A stretch of 32,000 nt of DNA from Psychrobacter cryohalolentis K5 (GCF_000013905.1 NC_007969.1:2910001-2942000); one strand, 5' to 3'. Counted from the first letter of the stretch, positions 16,827 through 26,807 are shown. Notes: generated by a model not told the origin, from the letters alone. Program-made: numbers and translations.

Positions 16827-17906
16827 TCATGGATGAATATCTGCTACATAGTCAGCATCAGTACGTGTTGCCATGCGTAACCATGCACTACGCGAGCGTG
16901 GGTTATGACTTATCTCTGCTTTACTAGGACCGACGCGTTTTGGCTTACTAAAGTAACGTGGACGCTTGGGTGGCATCGGCAAATTCTCATCTTCTGGATA
17001 TTGCCCTTTACTATGACGCTGCAAAAACTGCTTGATACGGCGATCTTCTAACGAGTGAAAACTAATCACTGCTAGCTGTCCGCCTACCTTTAATATCGGA
17101 ATACTTTGCTCTAAAAAGTTATCGACATCACCAAGCTCGTTGTTAATAAAAATCCGCATCGCCTGAAAGCTCTGGGTCGCTGGATGCTTGCCGCGTTGCC
17201 AGTTTGGATGGGCAACTTTTATCACTTCAGCCAATGCTAAAGTAGAGTCGTAACTGTCCATTTGCTTAATGGCACGAGCGATACGGCGACTGTGACGCTC
17301 TTCGCCAAACTCATAAAGGACATTGGCCAAGGTTTCATCATCGACCGTCTCAAGCCACTCAGCAACTGACTGCCCGCGGCTGGTATCCATACGCATATCG
17401 ACCGCGCCATCGCGCATAAAACTAAAACCACGACTGCCATCATCAATTTGTGGTGACGAGATACCCAAGTCTGCCATTAAGCCGTCAACTTGAGTGATTC
17501 TCATTGCAGCAAGACTGTCTGTTAACGTCGCAAAGCTATCATGTACCACTTTTACGCGACTGTCGCTATTTGCCAATTCACGAGCAACGCTAATGGCTGT
17601 TGGGTCTTTATCAAAAACAATCAAAGTTGCATCATCGGCAAGCTGGCTTAATAGCAAGCGACTATGGCCACCACGACCAAAGGTAGCATCGACATAGATA
17701 CCGCTTGCTTGCAAGCTATTTTGACTTTCGTCGTCTGTCTGCTTCGGTAGCGCTTTGACACCCAACACTGCGGCGACTGCTTCTTGCAATAGCACCGCAT
17801 CATGGACAAAACTCAATTCGTCAGACGTAGCTTGATCTTCACTAGGCTCTTGCATAAGTTTTTGAGTAGAAGTGCTTTCTTCAGAAAACAGACTCGCCGC
17901 TGACAT
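16827..17906 (-). CDS. rsmH: 16S rRNA (cytosine1402-N4)-methyltransferase RsmH/MraW
   Basis: AVLLQEAV...GIYVDATFGRGGHSR...FDKDP...ISFHSLEDR parallels E. coli RsmH. The start is ambiguous: TTG 17984, ATG 17906, or ATG 17855. Confidence 0.9.
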   Translation of the reverse strand: MSAASLFSEESTSTQKLMQEPSEDQATSDELSFVHDAVLLQEAVAAVLGVKALPKQTDDESQNSLQASGIYVDATFGRGGHSRLLLSQLADDATLIVFDKDPTAISVARELANSDSRVKVVHDSFATLTDSLAAMRITQVDGLMADLGISSPQIDDGSRGFSFMRDGAVDMRMDTSRGQSVAEWLETVDDETLANVLYEFGEERHSRRIARAIKQMDSYDSTLALAEVIKVAHPNWQRGKHPATQSFQAMRIFINNELGDVDNFLEQSIPILKVGGQLAVISFHSLEDRRIKQFLQRHSKGQYPEDENLPMPPKRPRYFSKPKRVGPSKAEISHNPRSRSAWLRMATRTDADYVADIHP

Positions 17907-18255
17907 AGAATGATCAGGGTCAGAAGGATTGTGATTAGCATTTGGCGTATTTTTTGGCTTACTATTCGATATGGACACAAACAACTCAATAGATGATGGT
18001 CAAATTGACCAGTAATAGTAAAAAATCAGATGAAAATAAACAAGTTATGACTTACCTAACATTATTATCGCAAGGATACACGGGTAGTCAAGCGCTAGAA
18101 GGGCATTTCGTTAAAAATATCCCATCTCTCTGTTATACTAGCGCTATATTTTACGCTATTTTTCAACGTTGACTGCCATTCTTTCGTCCATATTTTCACT
18201 TTTCACTACTAGTTTTGACCGTCCCATTCATTAACAACAACATTCTGAGATTTTT

Positions 18256-19785
18256 ATGATGCAACCATCTACTTCTACTAATAGCATACGCCCTGTTCGT
18301 ACCCGTATTGCCCCTTCGCCTACTGGCTTCCCGCACGTTGGCACTGCTTATATCGCACTGTTTAATTTAGCCTTTGCCAAGGCTCATGGCGGCGAATTTA
18401 TTTTGCGTATTGAAGACACCGACCAAACGCGCTCGACAGAGCAATCTGAAAAAATGATTTTGGATGCACTACGTTGGGTCGGTCTCGACTGGGCGGAAGG
18501 TCCAGATATCGGCGGTCCGCACGCGCCTTATCGTCAAAGCGAGCGTAGTGATATTTACAAAAAGCACGCCGAGCAGCTGATAGAAAACGATCATGCGTTT
18601 CGCTGCTTTTGTAGCAGTGAAGAGCTTGATGCCATGCGTGCTGAGCAAATGGCCAATGGCGAGACCCCACGTTATGATGGTCGCTGTGCGCATTTAGCCG
18701 CAGAAAAAACCGAGCAATTGGTCGCTGAGGGCAAACCGCACGTCATCCGTATGCGCGTGCCTACCGAAGGCGTCTGTCAAGTGCAAGACATGCTACGCGG
18801 TACGGTTGAGATTCCTTGGACCCAAGTCGACATGCAAGTACTGCTAAAAACAGACGGCATGCCAACATACCATTTAGCCAATGTCGTCGACGACCATTTG
18901 ATGGATATCAGTCATGTGATGCGTGGTGAAGAATGGTTGAATTCTGCGCCTAAGCATCAGTTGCTTTATGAGTATTTTGGTTGGGAGATGCCTGTACTTT
19001 GCCACATGCCATTACTGCGTAACCCAGATAAATCAAAACTGTCTAAGCGTAAAAATCCAACGTCTATCACCTATTATCGTGATGCGGGCGTACTCCCTGA
19101 AGCGTTGCTAAACTATCTCGGTCGTATGGGCTACTCAATGCCTGACGAAGCGGAGCAGTTTACCTTAGAGGAAATGATTGCCAGCTTTGATATTCAGCGT
19201 GTGTCGCTTGGCGGCCCTATTTTCGATATCGAGAAACTCAACTGGCTCAATTCTGAATGGCTACGTGCACTCACGCCAGAAGAGCTAAAAAATAAAATCC
19301 TTGAATGGGCAAGCAACAGTGACAAGCTAACCGCTATCGCAGCGGCAATTCAACCACGTATCGAATTGTTATCTGATGCGGTCAATTGGAGTGGCTTCTA
19401 TTTTCAAAACTTACCTGATATCAACGCTGAGAGCTTTACTCATAAGTCGCTCACACCTGAGCAAATCATGGATATGCTACAGCTGTCATTATGGCAGCTA
19501 GAAGTCTTGCCTACTTGGTCAGAAGAAAACATCTACGCCACGCTAAAAGGCCTTGCTGCACATCTTGATATTAAAATGCGTGACTTTATGGCGCCGTTCT
19601 TTATCGCTATCGCTGGTAGCACCTCATCGACGCCTGTCATGAACTCTATGGCGATTATTGGTGCTGATATGACGCTGACACGCTTGCGTCATGCGGTTGA
19701 CGTGCTGGGTGGCCTCGGTAAAAAGAAACTCAAAAAACTAGAGAAACAAGCAGCAGAATTGCCAGACTTTTTGGCAGCAGAATAG
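18256..19785 (+). CDS. gltX: Glutamate--tRNA ligase
   Basis: Class I signatures [12 protein letters not shown] (HIGH-type) and KLSKR (KMSKS-type), in a full-length 509-aa ORF. Confidence 0.95.
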   Translation: MMQPSTSTNSIRPVRTRIAPSPTGFPHVGTAYIALFNLAFAKAHGGEFILRIEDTDQTRSTEQSEKMILDALRWVGLDWAEGPDIGGPHAPYRQSERSDIYKKHAEQLIENDHAFRCFCSSEELDAMRAEQMANGETPRYDGRCAHLAAEKTEQLVAEGKPHVIRMRVPTEGVCQVQDMLRGTVEIPWTQVDMQVLLKTDGMPTYHLANVVDDHLMDISHVMRGEEWLNSAPKHQLLYEYFGWEMPVLCHMPLLRNPDKSKLSKRKNPTSITYYRDAGVLPEALLNYLGRMGYSMPDEAEQFTLEEMIASFDIQRVSLGGPIFDIEKLNWLNSEWLRALTPEELKNKILEWASNSDKLTAIAAAIQPRIELLSDAVNWSGFYFQNLPDINAESFTHKSLTPEQIMDMLQLSLWQLEVLPTWSEENIYATLKGLAAHLDIKMRDFMAPFFIAIAGSTSSTPVMNSMAIIGADMTLTRLRHAVDVLGGLGKKKLKKLEKQAAELPDFLAAE

Positions 19786-19842
19786 TTTCTTAGTTGTTTG
19801 TTAATAACATTGTTGATTCATAACATTATTAGTGAATAAAAA

Positions 19843-19873
19843 AGAGGGGTCAGACTAATACTGACCCCTCTTT
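19843..19873 (+). terminator. Rho-independent terminator after gltX
   Basis: AGAGGGGTCAG (19843-19853), loop ACTAATA, CTGACCCCTCT (19861-19871), then TT. An A-run lies upstream. Confidence 0.7.
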
Positions 19874-19938
19874 ACGTGAATCTCAGCATTTGCATACGAA
19901 TACTGATTCTTTATTTAATATTTAAATTGGAAATAAAA

Positions 19939-20304
19939 ATGGTAGCCAAGACCGTCACAATAGAAAGTAAAGATTATGTCTTTAACACGCTAAAAGAAGC
20001 GCAGAAATACTACGATGCCATCGTAAAAGAGCTATACGATACCAAGTTGACCCTCACTACCGGTCAAGATTTTGATGACTTAAAGTGGATATATAGCTCT
20101 TATTGCAGTTATATCAATCATAATGTCGATCGATTGAAAGAATCTGACATCATTGGTTTTAAAGGTATCAGCACAGTACAACTAAAAGGTGGGCAATATA
20201 TCCCCACAGAATGCGGTGCAGTTATTTTTTCAGATGGTACTGAAGAAGAATTCTTTACCGATAAAGCCCTAAAAGAGATTGCCATCAAGCAAAATCCACG
20301 TTAA
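19939..20304 (+). CDS. Small hypothetical protein, possibly DUF3223-like
   Basis: I prefer the ATG at 19939 (MVAKTVTIESKDYVFNTLKEAQKYY...). The ORF-track start at 19876 lies right after the gltX terminator and adds only a leader-like hydrophobic stretch. The pattern F-x-T/S-x-x-E-A...DF-x-x-L...GI/GF...C-x-x-V-x-F-SDGT-x-x-x-F recalls DUF3223 from memory only. GC content is low. Confidence 0.5.
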   Translation: MVAKTVTIESKDYVFNTLKEAQKYYDAIVKELYDTKLTLTTGQDFDDLKWIYSSYCSYINHNVDRLKESDIIGFKGISTVQLKGGQYIPTECGAVIFSDGTEEEFFTDKALKEIAIKQNPR

Positions 20305-20380
20305 TTTAAGCTTATTAAGCAGCTAAAATGGCTTTAAACGCTTTTTTTTGCATATTTATGCATTATTTTTAAAATAGCAG

Positions 20381-20409
20381 TTGACAAGACTGCTGGTCTT
20401 ACATAAAAT
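20381..20409 (+). promoter_or_regulatory. Near-consensus sigma70 promoter of the tRNA operon
   Basis: TTGACA (20381-20386), a 17-nt spacer, then TAAAAT (20404-20409). An AT-rich UP-like stretch lies upstream, and the tRNA 5' end is 18 nt downstream. Confidence 0.75.
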
Positions 20410-20426
20410 ACGCACACTCTTAGCGA

Positions 20427-20502
20427 GGGGCTATAGCTCAGTTGGTAGAGCACTTGCATGGCATGCAAGGGGTCAACGGTTCGACTCCGTTTAGCTCCAC
20501 CA
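20427..20502 (+). tRNA. tRNA-Ala (anticodon GGC)
   Basis: Folded by hand into a 76-nt cloverleaf. Acceptor GGGGCTA/TAGCTCC has the G3:U70 alanine identity pair, the anticodon arm is CTTGC-ATGGCAT-GCAAG, the T-loop is TTCGACT, and CCA is encoded. Confidence 0.9.
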
Positions 20503-20659
20503 TACTATTTATTGCAAAGCTCAGTTCACTGAAACTTTAACATAAATACTCGCTAGTAGGACGATATCAGCACCTAGGCAATGCTTGCTCTGTTATTAAT
20601 AGATAAGCTATCTGATATTGTGAAGTACCGTTGTAACCACTGGTTATAACACTCTATGC

Positions 20660-20735
20660 GTCCCCATCGTCTAGAGGCCTAGGACACCGCCCTTTCACGG
20701 CGGTAACGGGGGTTCGAATCCCCCTGGGGACGCCA
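20660..20735 (+). tRNA. tRNA-Glu (anticodon TTC)
   Basis: 76 nt. Acceptor GTCCCCA/TGGGGAC, anticodon arm CCGCC-CTTTCAC-GGCGG, T-arm GGGGG-TTCGAAT-CCCCC, and CCA is encoded. Confidence 0.9.
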
Positions 20736-20802
20736 CTATACGGCGTCACTTATTAGCACTTTTGCTTAGCATCAGATTAGACTAATAAGCGAACAATAAA
20801 AA

Positions 20803-20835
20803 AGCCCAGTCATCATACGGTGACTGGGCTTTTTT
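20803..20835 (+). terminator. Rho-independent terminator of the tRNA operon
   Basis: AGCCCAGTCA (20803-20812), 8-nt loop, TGACTGGGCT (20821-20830), then T5 (20831-20835). Confidence 0.85.
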
Positions 20836-20959
20836 ATGTCTGTCATTTCTGAAAAATGCTAGCAAGGCTATATATACCATTAGGAATATTGATAGAATGC
20901 AATGTAAAGGCGCTCTATAAAATGTTGAGCTGAATTGCTATCACAAGGAGGTATTGGCT

Positions 20960-21613
20960 ATGTTTGGTATTGAAAATTATCTGGGATTTATCCTTGCTGC
21001 CATTTTATTAAATATAACACCCGGAACAGATAGCATGTATATCATTACTCGTAGTATGTCACAGGGACAGACTGCAGGATTCTACTCTGTATTCGGTATT
21101 ATCTCTGGTATTTTAGTACATACTTTGCTGGCTGCGCTCGGGTTGTCCGTCCTATTAGCCAATTCACCATTTGCATTTACGCTAGTGAAATATATTGGCG
21201 CAAGCTACTTATGCTATCTAGGCTTTAAAATGCTGACTAGCAAACCAGCACCTTTACTTGCCAGTAATTTACCCATTGAAGAAAAATTAGCCTCTACTCG
21301 ACCGTTAGATAGGTGGCAGATATATAAGCAAGGGGTTATAACTAATACCTTTAATCCAAAAGTAGCATTATTCTTTTTAGCGTTCTTCCCACAGTTTATC
21401 GACTCGAGTTACGGTAATAGTATGTTGTCTTTTTTAGGTCTTGGGCTAACTTTTGCCACGACCGGTTTTATGTGGTTCTCGTGCTTGGCATTACTGTCGT
21501 CAAAGTTCAGTGAAAATCTGCGTAAGAATCCTACTATTGAAGTAATTTTAAATAGAATAAGCGGTGTGATATTTATCGGCATGGGAGTCAAGCTGCTGAC
21601 TGAGAAAGGTTGA
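20960..21613 (+). CDS. LysE/RhtB-family amino-acid exporter
   Basis: N-terminal LLNITPGTDSMYIITRS motif, about 6 hydrophobic segments, about 217 aa. I prefer the ATG at 20960 because AAGGAGG (20945-20951) sits 8 nt upstream. The TTG at 20954 is too close to that RBS. Confidence 0.8.
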   Translation: MFGIENYLGFILAAILLNITPGTDSMYIITRSMSQGQTAGFYSVFGIISGILVHTLLAALGLSVLLANSPFAFTLVKYIGASYLCYLGFKMLTSKPAPLLASNLPIEEKLASTRPLDRWQIYKQGVITNTFNPKVALFFLAFFPQFIDSSYGNSMLSFLGLGLTFATTGFMWFSCLALLSSKFSENLRKNPTIEVILNRISGVIFIGMGVKLLTEKG

Positions 21614-21650
21614 GCAATAAAATTACCTAAGCACGATAATATTGCATAAA

Positions 21651-21676
21651 AGAGCCCAATCATATGATTGGGCTCT
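21651..21676. terminator. Bidirectional terminator between the convergent LysE-family gene and acnA
   Basis: 26-nt perfect palindrome AGAGCCCAATCAT|ATGATTGGGCTCT, flanked by AAA and TTT. Confidence 0.75.
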
Positions 21677-21701
21677 TTACCATACTAGGTCTAATAAATG
21701 A

Positions 21702-24509
21702 CTATGCTGCGTCTTTACTCTCAGCAGCTAACTGACGTAGCACATAGTGCAATACACCGCCATGACGCACATACTCGCGCTCTTTTGGCGTCTGTAACAT
21801 GACATTGACGTCAAAGCTCTCAGTTGAGCTATCGGCACGTGTGGCCGTAACTTTGGCTGTTTTGCTTTCGCCATTATCTAGACCTGTGATACTAAGGACT
21901 TCAGAACCATCTAGATTATAGGTCGCTGCATTTTCACCGTCTTTAAAAGTCAATGGCAAAACACCCATACCGACTAGATTTGAGCGGTGAATACGCTCAA
22001 ACGAGCTGGTCAGTACCGCTTTCACGCCGAGTAGAATCGTTCCCTTCGCGGCCCAGTCACGGCTAGAGCCAGAGCCATATTCTGCACCGCCAAGTACCAC
22101 GAGCGGACGTTTATCTTCTTTATACTTCATCGCCGCATCATAGATAGCCATTTCTTGACCATCTTGTAACGTGGCGCTATCGCCATTGAAGTAATAGGTA
22201 TAACCGCCCTCTTTGCCAGCCATCATGGCGTTTTTGATACGGATATTGGCAAAGGTACCACGAGTCATGACCGCATCATTACCACGGCGTGAGCCATAAC
22301 TGTTGAAGTCAGCTTCCATCACACCACGCCCTTGCAAGTACTTACCCGCAGGAGAATCAGCATCGATATTACCAGCTGGTGAGATATGATCGGTGGTGAT
22401 TGAATCACCGAACAACCCTAAGATACGCGCGCCTTCGATATCAGGGATACCTTCCGGCTCCATGGTCATGCCATCGAAGAACGGTGGGTTCTTAATGTAC
22501 GTAGACTCTTCGCTCCATGGATACAGCTGGCTATCGGCTGAGCTAATGGCGTTCCATGCTGCACTACCGTCAAACACTTCGCCATAGTTTTTACGGAACA
22601 TATCCGCGTCGATATTATTGGCAATTAGCTCGTTAATTTCTTCTGACGTTGGCCAGATGTCTTTTAGGAATACATCATTGCCTTCTTGGTCTTGTCCTAG
22701 CGGATGCGTGGTCAAGTCAATATCGACAGTACCTGCTAGGGCATAAGCAACAACCAATGGCGGTGACGCCAAGTAGCTGGCTTTTACATGTGAGTGAATA
22801 CGACCTTCAAAGTTACGGTTACCTGATAGTACAGCAGCGGCAACCAAATCACCTTCTTCGATAGCCCCTTCAATCGCCCCTAATAACGGACCTGAGTTAC
22901 CGATACAAGTGGTACAGCCATAACCAACTAGGTAGAAGCCTATTTTCTCTAGCTCATCCATCAATTCGGCTTTTTCAAGGTAATCAGTTACTACTTTTGA
23001 CCCTGGAGCCAGTGAAGTTTTAACCCATGGTTTAGCCGTTAGACCTTTTGCAGCGGCTTTTTTCGCAACCAAACCTGCGCCAATCATCACTGCTGGGTTT
23101 GAGGTATTGGTACAAGAAGTAATTGCCGCGATAACGACAGAACCATCACGCAATCTATACTCTTCATCTTCGATTTTGACCGTGCAATAAGTACTGCCTT
23201 CCGCGCAAAAAGGATTAGGTTTTGCCGCGAGCGTTTTTGCTTGCTCTTGCTTACCGCCTTCTTCATCGAAGCGAACCTTGGCTTCAACTTCTTTCTTACG
23301 GTCTTTGGTCATCGCCGTCAAGGTTTCGCCAAATTTTTCATGCATATCAGATAGATTAATACGCTGTTGTGGCAAGTTCGGACCAGCAAGTGCGGGCTGT
23401 ACTGATGATAAATCCAATTCCAACTTACTTGAGTAGGTCGCTGCTGGCGTATCTGCATCATGCCATAAGCCTTGTGCCTTGGCATATTTTTCAACCAACT
23501 CGATTTGTGCTTCATCACGACCTGATAGACGTAGATAATCAATCGCCATTTGGTCAATCGGGAAAATACCGCACGTTGCACCATATTCTGGTGACATATT
23601 GGCAATGGTGGCACGATCTGCAAGTGGCATACTGTGTAAGCCTTCGCCATAAAATTCGACGAACTTACCAACCACGCCATGCGCACGCAGCATCTCAACG
23701 ACGCGTAACACTAAATCCGTTGCAGTAACGCCTTCGGTTAACTTACCTTTTAGCTCAAAACCAACCACTTGTGGGATGAGCATTGATGATGGCTGACCAA
23801 GCATTGCCGCTTCCGCTTCAATACCGCCCACGCCCCAACCAAGTACACCAATACCATTAATCATAGTAGTGTGACTGTCAGTACCAAATACCGTATCAGG
23901 ATAAGCGGTCAGCTCACCGTCGACATCTGCAGCCATTACCACACGGGCCAAGTACTCTAAGTTGACCTGATGCACAATACCTGTGGCTGGTGGCACGACA
24001 ACGAAGTTTTTAAAGGCATTCTTGCCCCAATGCAGAAATTCATAGCGCTCATTATTACGCTTAAACTCAATCTTTTCGTTAAGATCTATGGCATCTTCGC
24101 GGCCATAAGCATCGACTTGTACTGAGTGATCGACGACCAATTCACTTGGGATAAACGGGTTAATTTGCTCAGCTTTGCCGCCAAGCTCAACGACGGCATC
24201 GCGCATCGCTGCCAAATCGACTACTGATGGCACACCAGTGAAATCTTGCAGGACAACACGGGCTGGCATAAAGGCTATTTCTTTTGACGCTTCTGCGCCT
24301 GCATCCCAATTGGCGACCGCTTCGATGTGGTTTTTGCCAACAGACTGCCCGTCATCTTCATTACGCAATAAGTTTTCTAAAACGACTTTCATGCAAAATG
24401 GTAACTTGCTGATGTTTTCGTAAGTCTCAGTTAGCTTGGGTAGACTATAATAGGTATGGTCCTTGCTATCGACCGTAATAGTGTCTTTTACATTAAAAAT
24501 ATCACTCAT
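21702..24509 (-). CDS. acnA: Aconitate hydratase A
   Basis: Aconitase/IRP-type sequence throughout (DSHTTMING, ITSCTNTSNP, CTTCIGNSG, GSSRDWAAKG). I prefer the ATG at 24509 (MSDIFNVKDT...), which has AAGGAAG upstream, over the ORF-track start at 24575. Confidence 0.95.
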   Translation of the reverse strand: MSDIFNVKDTITVDSKDHTYYSLPKLTETYENISKLPFCMKVVLENLLRNEDDGQSVGKNHIEAVANWDAGAEASKEIAFMPARVVLQDFTGVPSVVDLAAMRDAVVELGGKAEQINPFIPSELVVDHSVQVDAYGREDAIDLNEKIEFKRNNERYEFLHWGKNAFKNFVVVPPATGIVHQVNLEYLARVVMAADVDGELTAYPDTVFGTDSHTTMINGIGVLGWGVGGIEAEAAMLGQPSSMLIPQVVGFELKGKLTEGVTATDLVLRVVEMLRAHGVVGKFVEFYGEGLHSMPLADRATIANMSPEYGATCGIFPIDQMAIDYLRLSGRDEAQIELVEKYAKAQGLWHDADTPAATYSSKLELDLSSVQPALAGPNLPQQRINLSDMHEKFGETLTAMTKDRKKEVEAKVRFDEEGGKQEQAKTLAAKPNPFCAEGSTYCTVKIEDEEYRLRDGSVVIAAITSCTNTSNPAVMIGAGLVAKKAAAKGLTAKPWVKTSLAPGSKVVTDYLEKAELMDELEKIGFYLVGYGCTTCIGNSGPLLGAIEGAIEEGDLVAAAVLSGNRNFEGRIHSHVKASYLASPPLVVAYALAGTVDIDLTTHPLGQDQEGNDVFLKDIWPTSEEINELIANNIDADMFRKNYGEVFDGSAAWNAISSADSQLYPWSEESTYIKNPPFFDGMTMEPEGIPDIEGARILGLFGDSITTDHISPAGNIDADSPAGKYLQGRGVMEADFNSYGSRRGNDAVMTRGTFANIRIKNAMMAGKEGGYTYYFNGDSATLQDGQEMAIYDAAMKYKEDKRPLVVLGGAEYGSGSSRDWAAKGTILLGVKAVLTSSFERIHRSNLVGMGVLPLTFKDGENAATYNLDGSEVLSITGLDNGESKTAKVTATRADSSTESFDVNVMLQTPKEREYVRHGGVLHYVLRQLAAESKDAA

Positions 24510-24920
24510 GGTAGCTTCCTTATCGTTGTTATAGATCCTGAACATAAATAACTCTTGAACTAATATGACTATCAATCAATAAGCATTTATGCTGATAATT
24601 GGTGGCTAAATAATAGTGGTTAAATTTTTACTAAATGAATTTAATGGCTAACTTTAGTAGCTGTTATTAACAACTCAAATGAATGACTCATAAGAGTTGC
24701 TAAGAAAAATAGACCGCTGTATTTTTATACTAACAAAATCTTAGGTAACAAAAGACATAAGCATATCTTTAGTATTTAACAGTAACGTCCTTTTACCATA
24801 ACAAATAACCTGAGCTTTGTTAACGTCTAGACGTAGTCAAATCGTGGCACAATCGTAAACGTAACAATGCTTTAGCGGTTAAGCATTAACGGTTAACTCG
24901 TAAGGTATTCCCTTATCTTT

Positions 24921-25976
24921 TTATTTTTGACGGCGACCACTGCGAAACACTTGGCTATCATCATAAAAGTTAGGCTTGGCATTTTCAGCCCAAAAATGCG
25001 GCACACCCAAAATAGGCAATGGAGACAGTTTGCGCGGTGTCACATCCGGTTGTGATAATAACGCCTCCATACAATCAGCTACTTTCTGATCCAAATGACT
25101 AATACGCTCAGATAGCGATAAGGCAAAAAAATCTGGCGTCACATAAATAACAATACTATGGGCGCATAATGCTTTACGTGGTTGTAGCAGTTTTTCTATT
25201 AAGGCATGACCAAAAATATAAACTGCAGCTTGAGAGGCGCTATTTAGCGCTTTTGGTTTATCCCACTGCTCACGCGGTTCTACCAAACTTTTTTGCCAGT
25301 CAAAATCCACTAATGCCTCACCAATACTAGGCTCTGCTGTCACTAAAATCGCGCCGTTCTCATCAAATACGGTAATGGTATCGCGGACACGCCCGCGACT
25401 GGCACCAATACCTTGTTGTTCGATTTCAAGCATATGATAATAATTAAGCAAGGCTTTGGTCTTTGGAAAGGTTAGCCAAATGCTGCCGTTAAATAAATCA
25501 TGCAAATTATTACGGGTCGGAATATTACCAGTCGTACCGATAAAACTCTCGTATGCTTCGCCTGCTGGCAACGCATTTTGTGAGACAAATCGTAAGGTTT
25601 GGGCTTGATTATTTAGTGCAGGTTTGGTTTGCGATAATGACTGCTGTAGGTCATCAGCCTGTTGCTGCAATGCTGTATTTAAAACCTTGGCGATAATATC
25701 AGGCGTATTCTCAATTATATCTGTCTGAGCAGGCTCATTTTTTAAGCCACTTAGCTGAGTAATGGCGTGACTTATATAGCCTAACTGGTTTAAGTGACAC
25801 AGCCATGGCGCGTGCCAGTCAATAACAACAAAGCTGTCATCAAGCCTGCTATTACCTGCAGACGGGTTATTAATAGAAGCTTCAACAGATGCATTAACAG
25901 ATGCATTAACAGGCACATCGAAAGGAGCGTTATAAAGATTGGTATTAGGCTTAGCAGGTAAATCAGTAGCGGTCAT
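24921..25976 (-). CDS. DUF3025-like protein
   Basis: YESFIGTTGNIPTRNNLHDLFNGSIWLTFPKTKALLN...RGRVRDTITVFDENGAIL...FGHALIEKL matches my memory of the DUF3025 consensus. I prefer the ATG at 25976 over the GTG at 25982. Confidence 0.65.
   Translation of the reverse strand: MTATDLPAKPNTNLYNAPFDVPVNASVNASVEASINNPSAGNSRLDDSFVVIDWHAPWLCHLNQLGYISHAITQLSGLKNEPAQTDIIENTPDIIAKVLNTALQQQADDLQQSLSQTKPALNNQAQTLRFVSQNALPAGEAYESFIGTTGNIPTRNNLHDLFNGSIWLTFPKTKALLNYYHMLEIEQQGIGASRGRVRDTITVFDENGAILVTAEPSIGEALVDFDWQKSLVEPREQWDKPKALNSASQAAVYIFGHALIEKLLQPRKALCAHSIVIYVTPDFFALSLSERISHLDQKVADCMEALLSQPDVTPRKLSPLPILGVPHFWAENAKPNFYDDSQVFRSGRRQK
25879..25914. repeat. Three imperfect 12-bp tandem repeats inside the DUF3025-like CDS
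   Basis: GCTTCAACAGAT / GCATTAACAGAT / GCATTAACAGGC, encoding VNA-SVNA-SVEA on the minus strand. Confidence 0.7.
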
Positions 25977-26090
25977 GTTCACTATCTCTATTAGACGACT
26001 GGCGTGGCTATGGTATCATGGAGCGCTTTTTTACGGCTAGACAAGCCGCTCGAAATGACGTTTTCGTGCGCTACTTATTGATGAGTTTTT

Positions 26091-26807
26091 ATGGCAAATT
26101 TTAACACCCACTTAAATGTCGCATTCATGGTCAGTGGTACGATGAGTCTAACGGTTTATAAAGCTGGCTTGATTGATGATTCAGGTTTTTTGATGTGTGT
26201 GGCGCTCGGTACCATCGGTGGGTTGCTACCTGATTTAGATTCAGATAACTCGACGCCGATTAAACTTGGCTTTAATATTACCTCGTTTATTTTTGCCTTT
26301 GGTCTGGTGATGCATTGGCGTAGTGAGCTGAGTTTACTGGCGCTGATAGCATTATGGTTGGCCGGCTACGGCTTTATGCGTTATGTGGTATTTTCGGTTT
26401 TTACCAATATGACCGTGCATCGCGGTGTCATTCACTCGGTGCCCTATATGGCGATAATGGGGCTTGGAATGACCTATATCAGCTACGATATTTTAAACTT
26501 ACCGTTGACGGTTAGCTGGTTTTACGGCTTGTTTTTATTTGGCGGCGCGATAGTGCATTTGGCATTAGATGAGTTATATAGTGTGAATTTATCCAATATG
26601 AAAATGAAGCGCTCATCGGGTACGGCGATGAAGTTCTATCAGCATAAAGACAAATGGTGGTATCTGCTACTGTACGTCATGCTTGTGCTCTTGGTATATT
26701 TTGCGCCACCATTTGATGAATTTTGGCAGCAGCTACGTGACCCCGCACCTTGGGCAAAGCTTAAAATCGGTCTATGGCCAGAATTGATAAAAAACTGGCT
26801 AAATTAA
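26091..26807 (+). CDS. Membrane-bound metal-dependent hydrolase-like protein (DUF457/YdjM-like)
   Basis: N-terminal H (FNTHLN), GGLLPDLDSDNS, later conserved His residues (HRGVIHS, HLALDE), and several TM segments. Confidence 0.6.
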   Translation: MANFNTHLNVAFMVSGTMSLTVYKAGLIDDSGFLMCVALGTIGGLLPDLDSDNSTPIKLGFNITSFIFAFGLVMHWRSELSLLALIALWLAGYGFMRYVVFSVFTNMTVHRGVIHSVPYMAIMGLGMTYISYDILNLPLTVSWFYGLFLFGGAIVHLALDELYSVNLSNMKMKRSSGTAMKFYQHKDKWWYLLLYVMLVLLVYFAPPFDEFWQQLRDPAPWAKLKIGLWPELIKNWLN

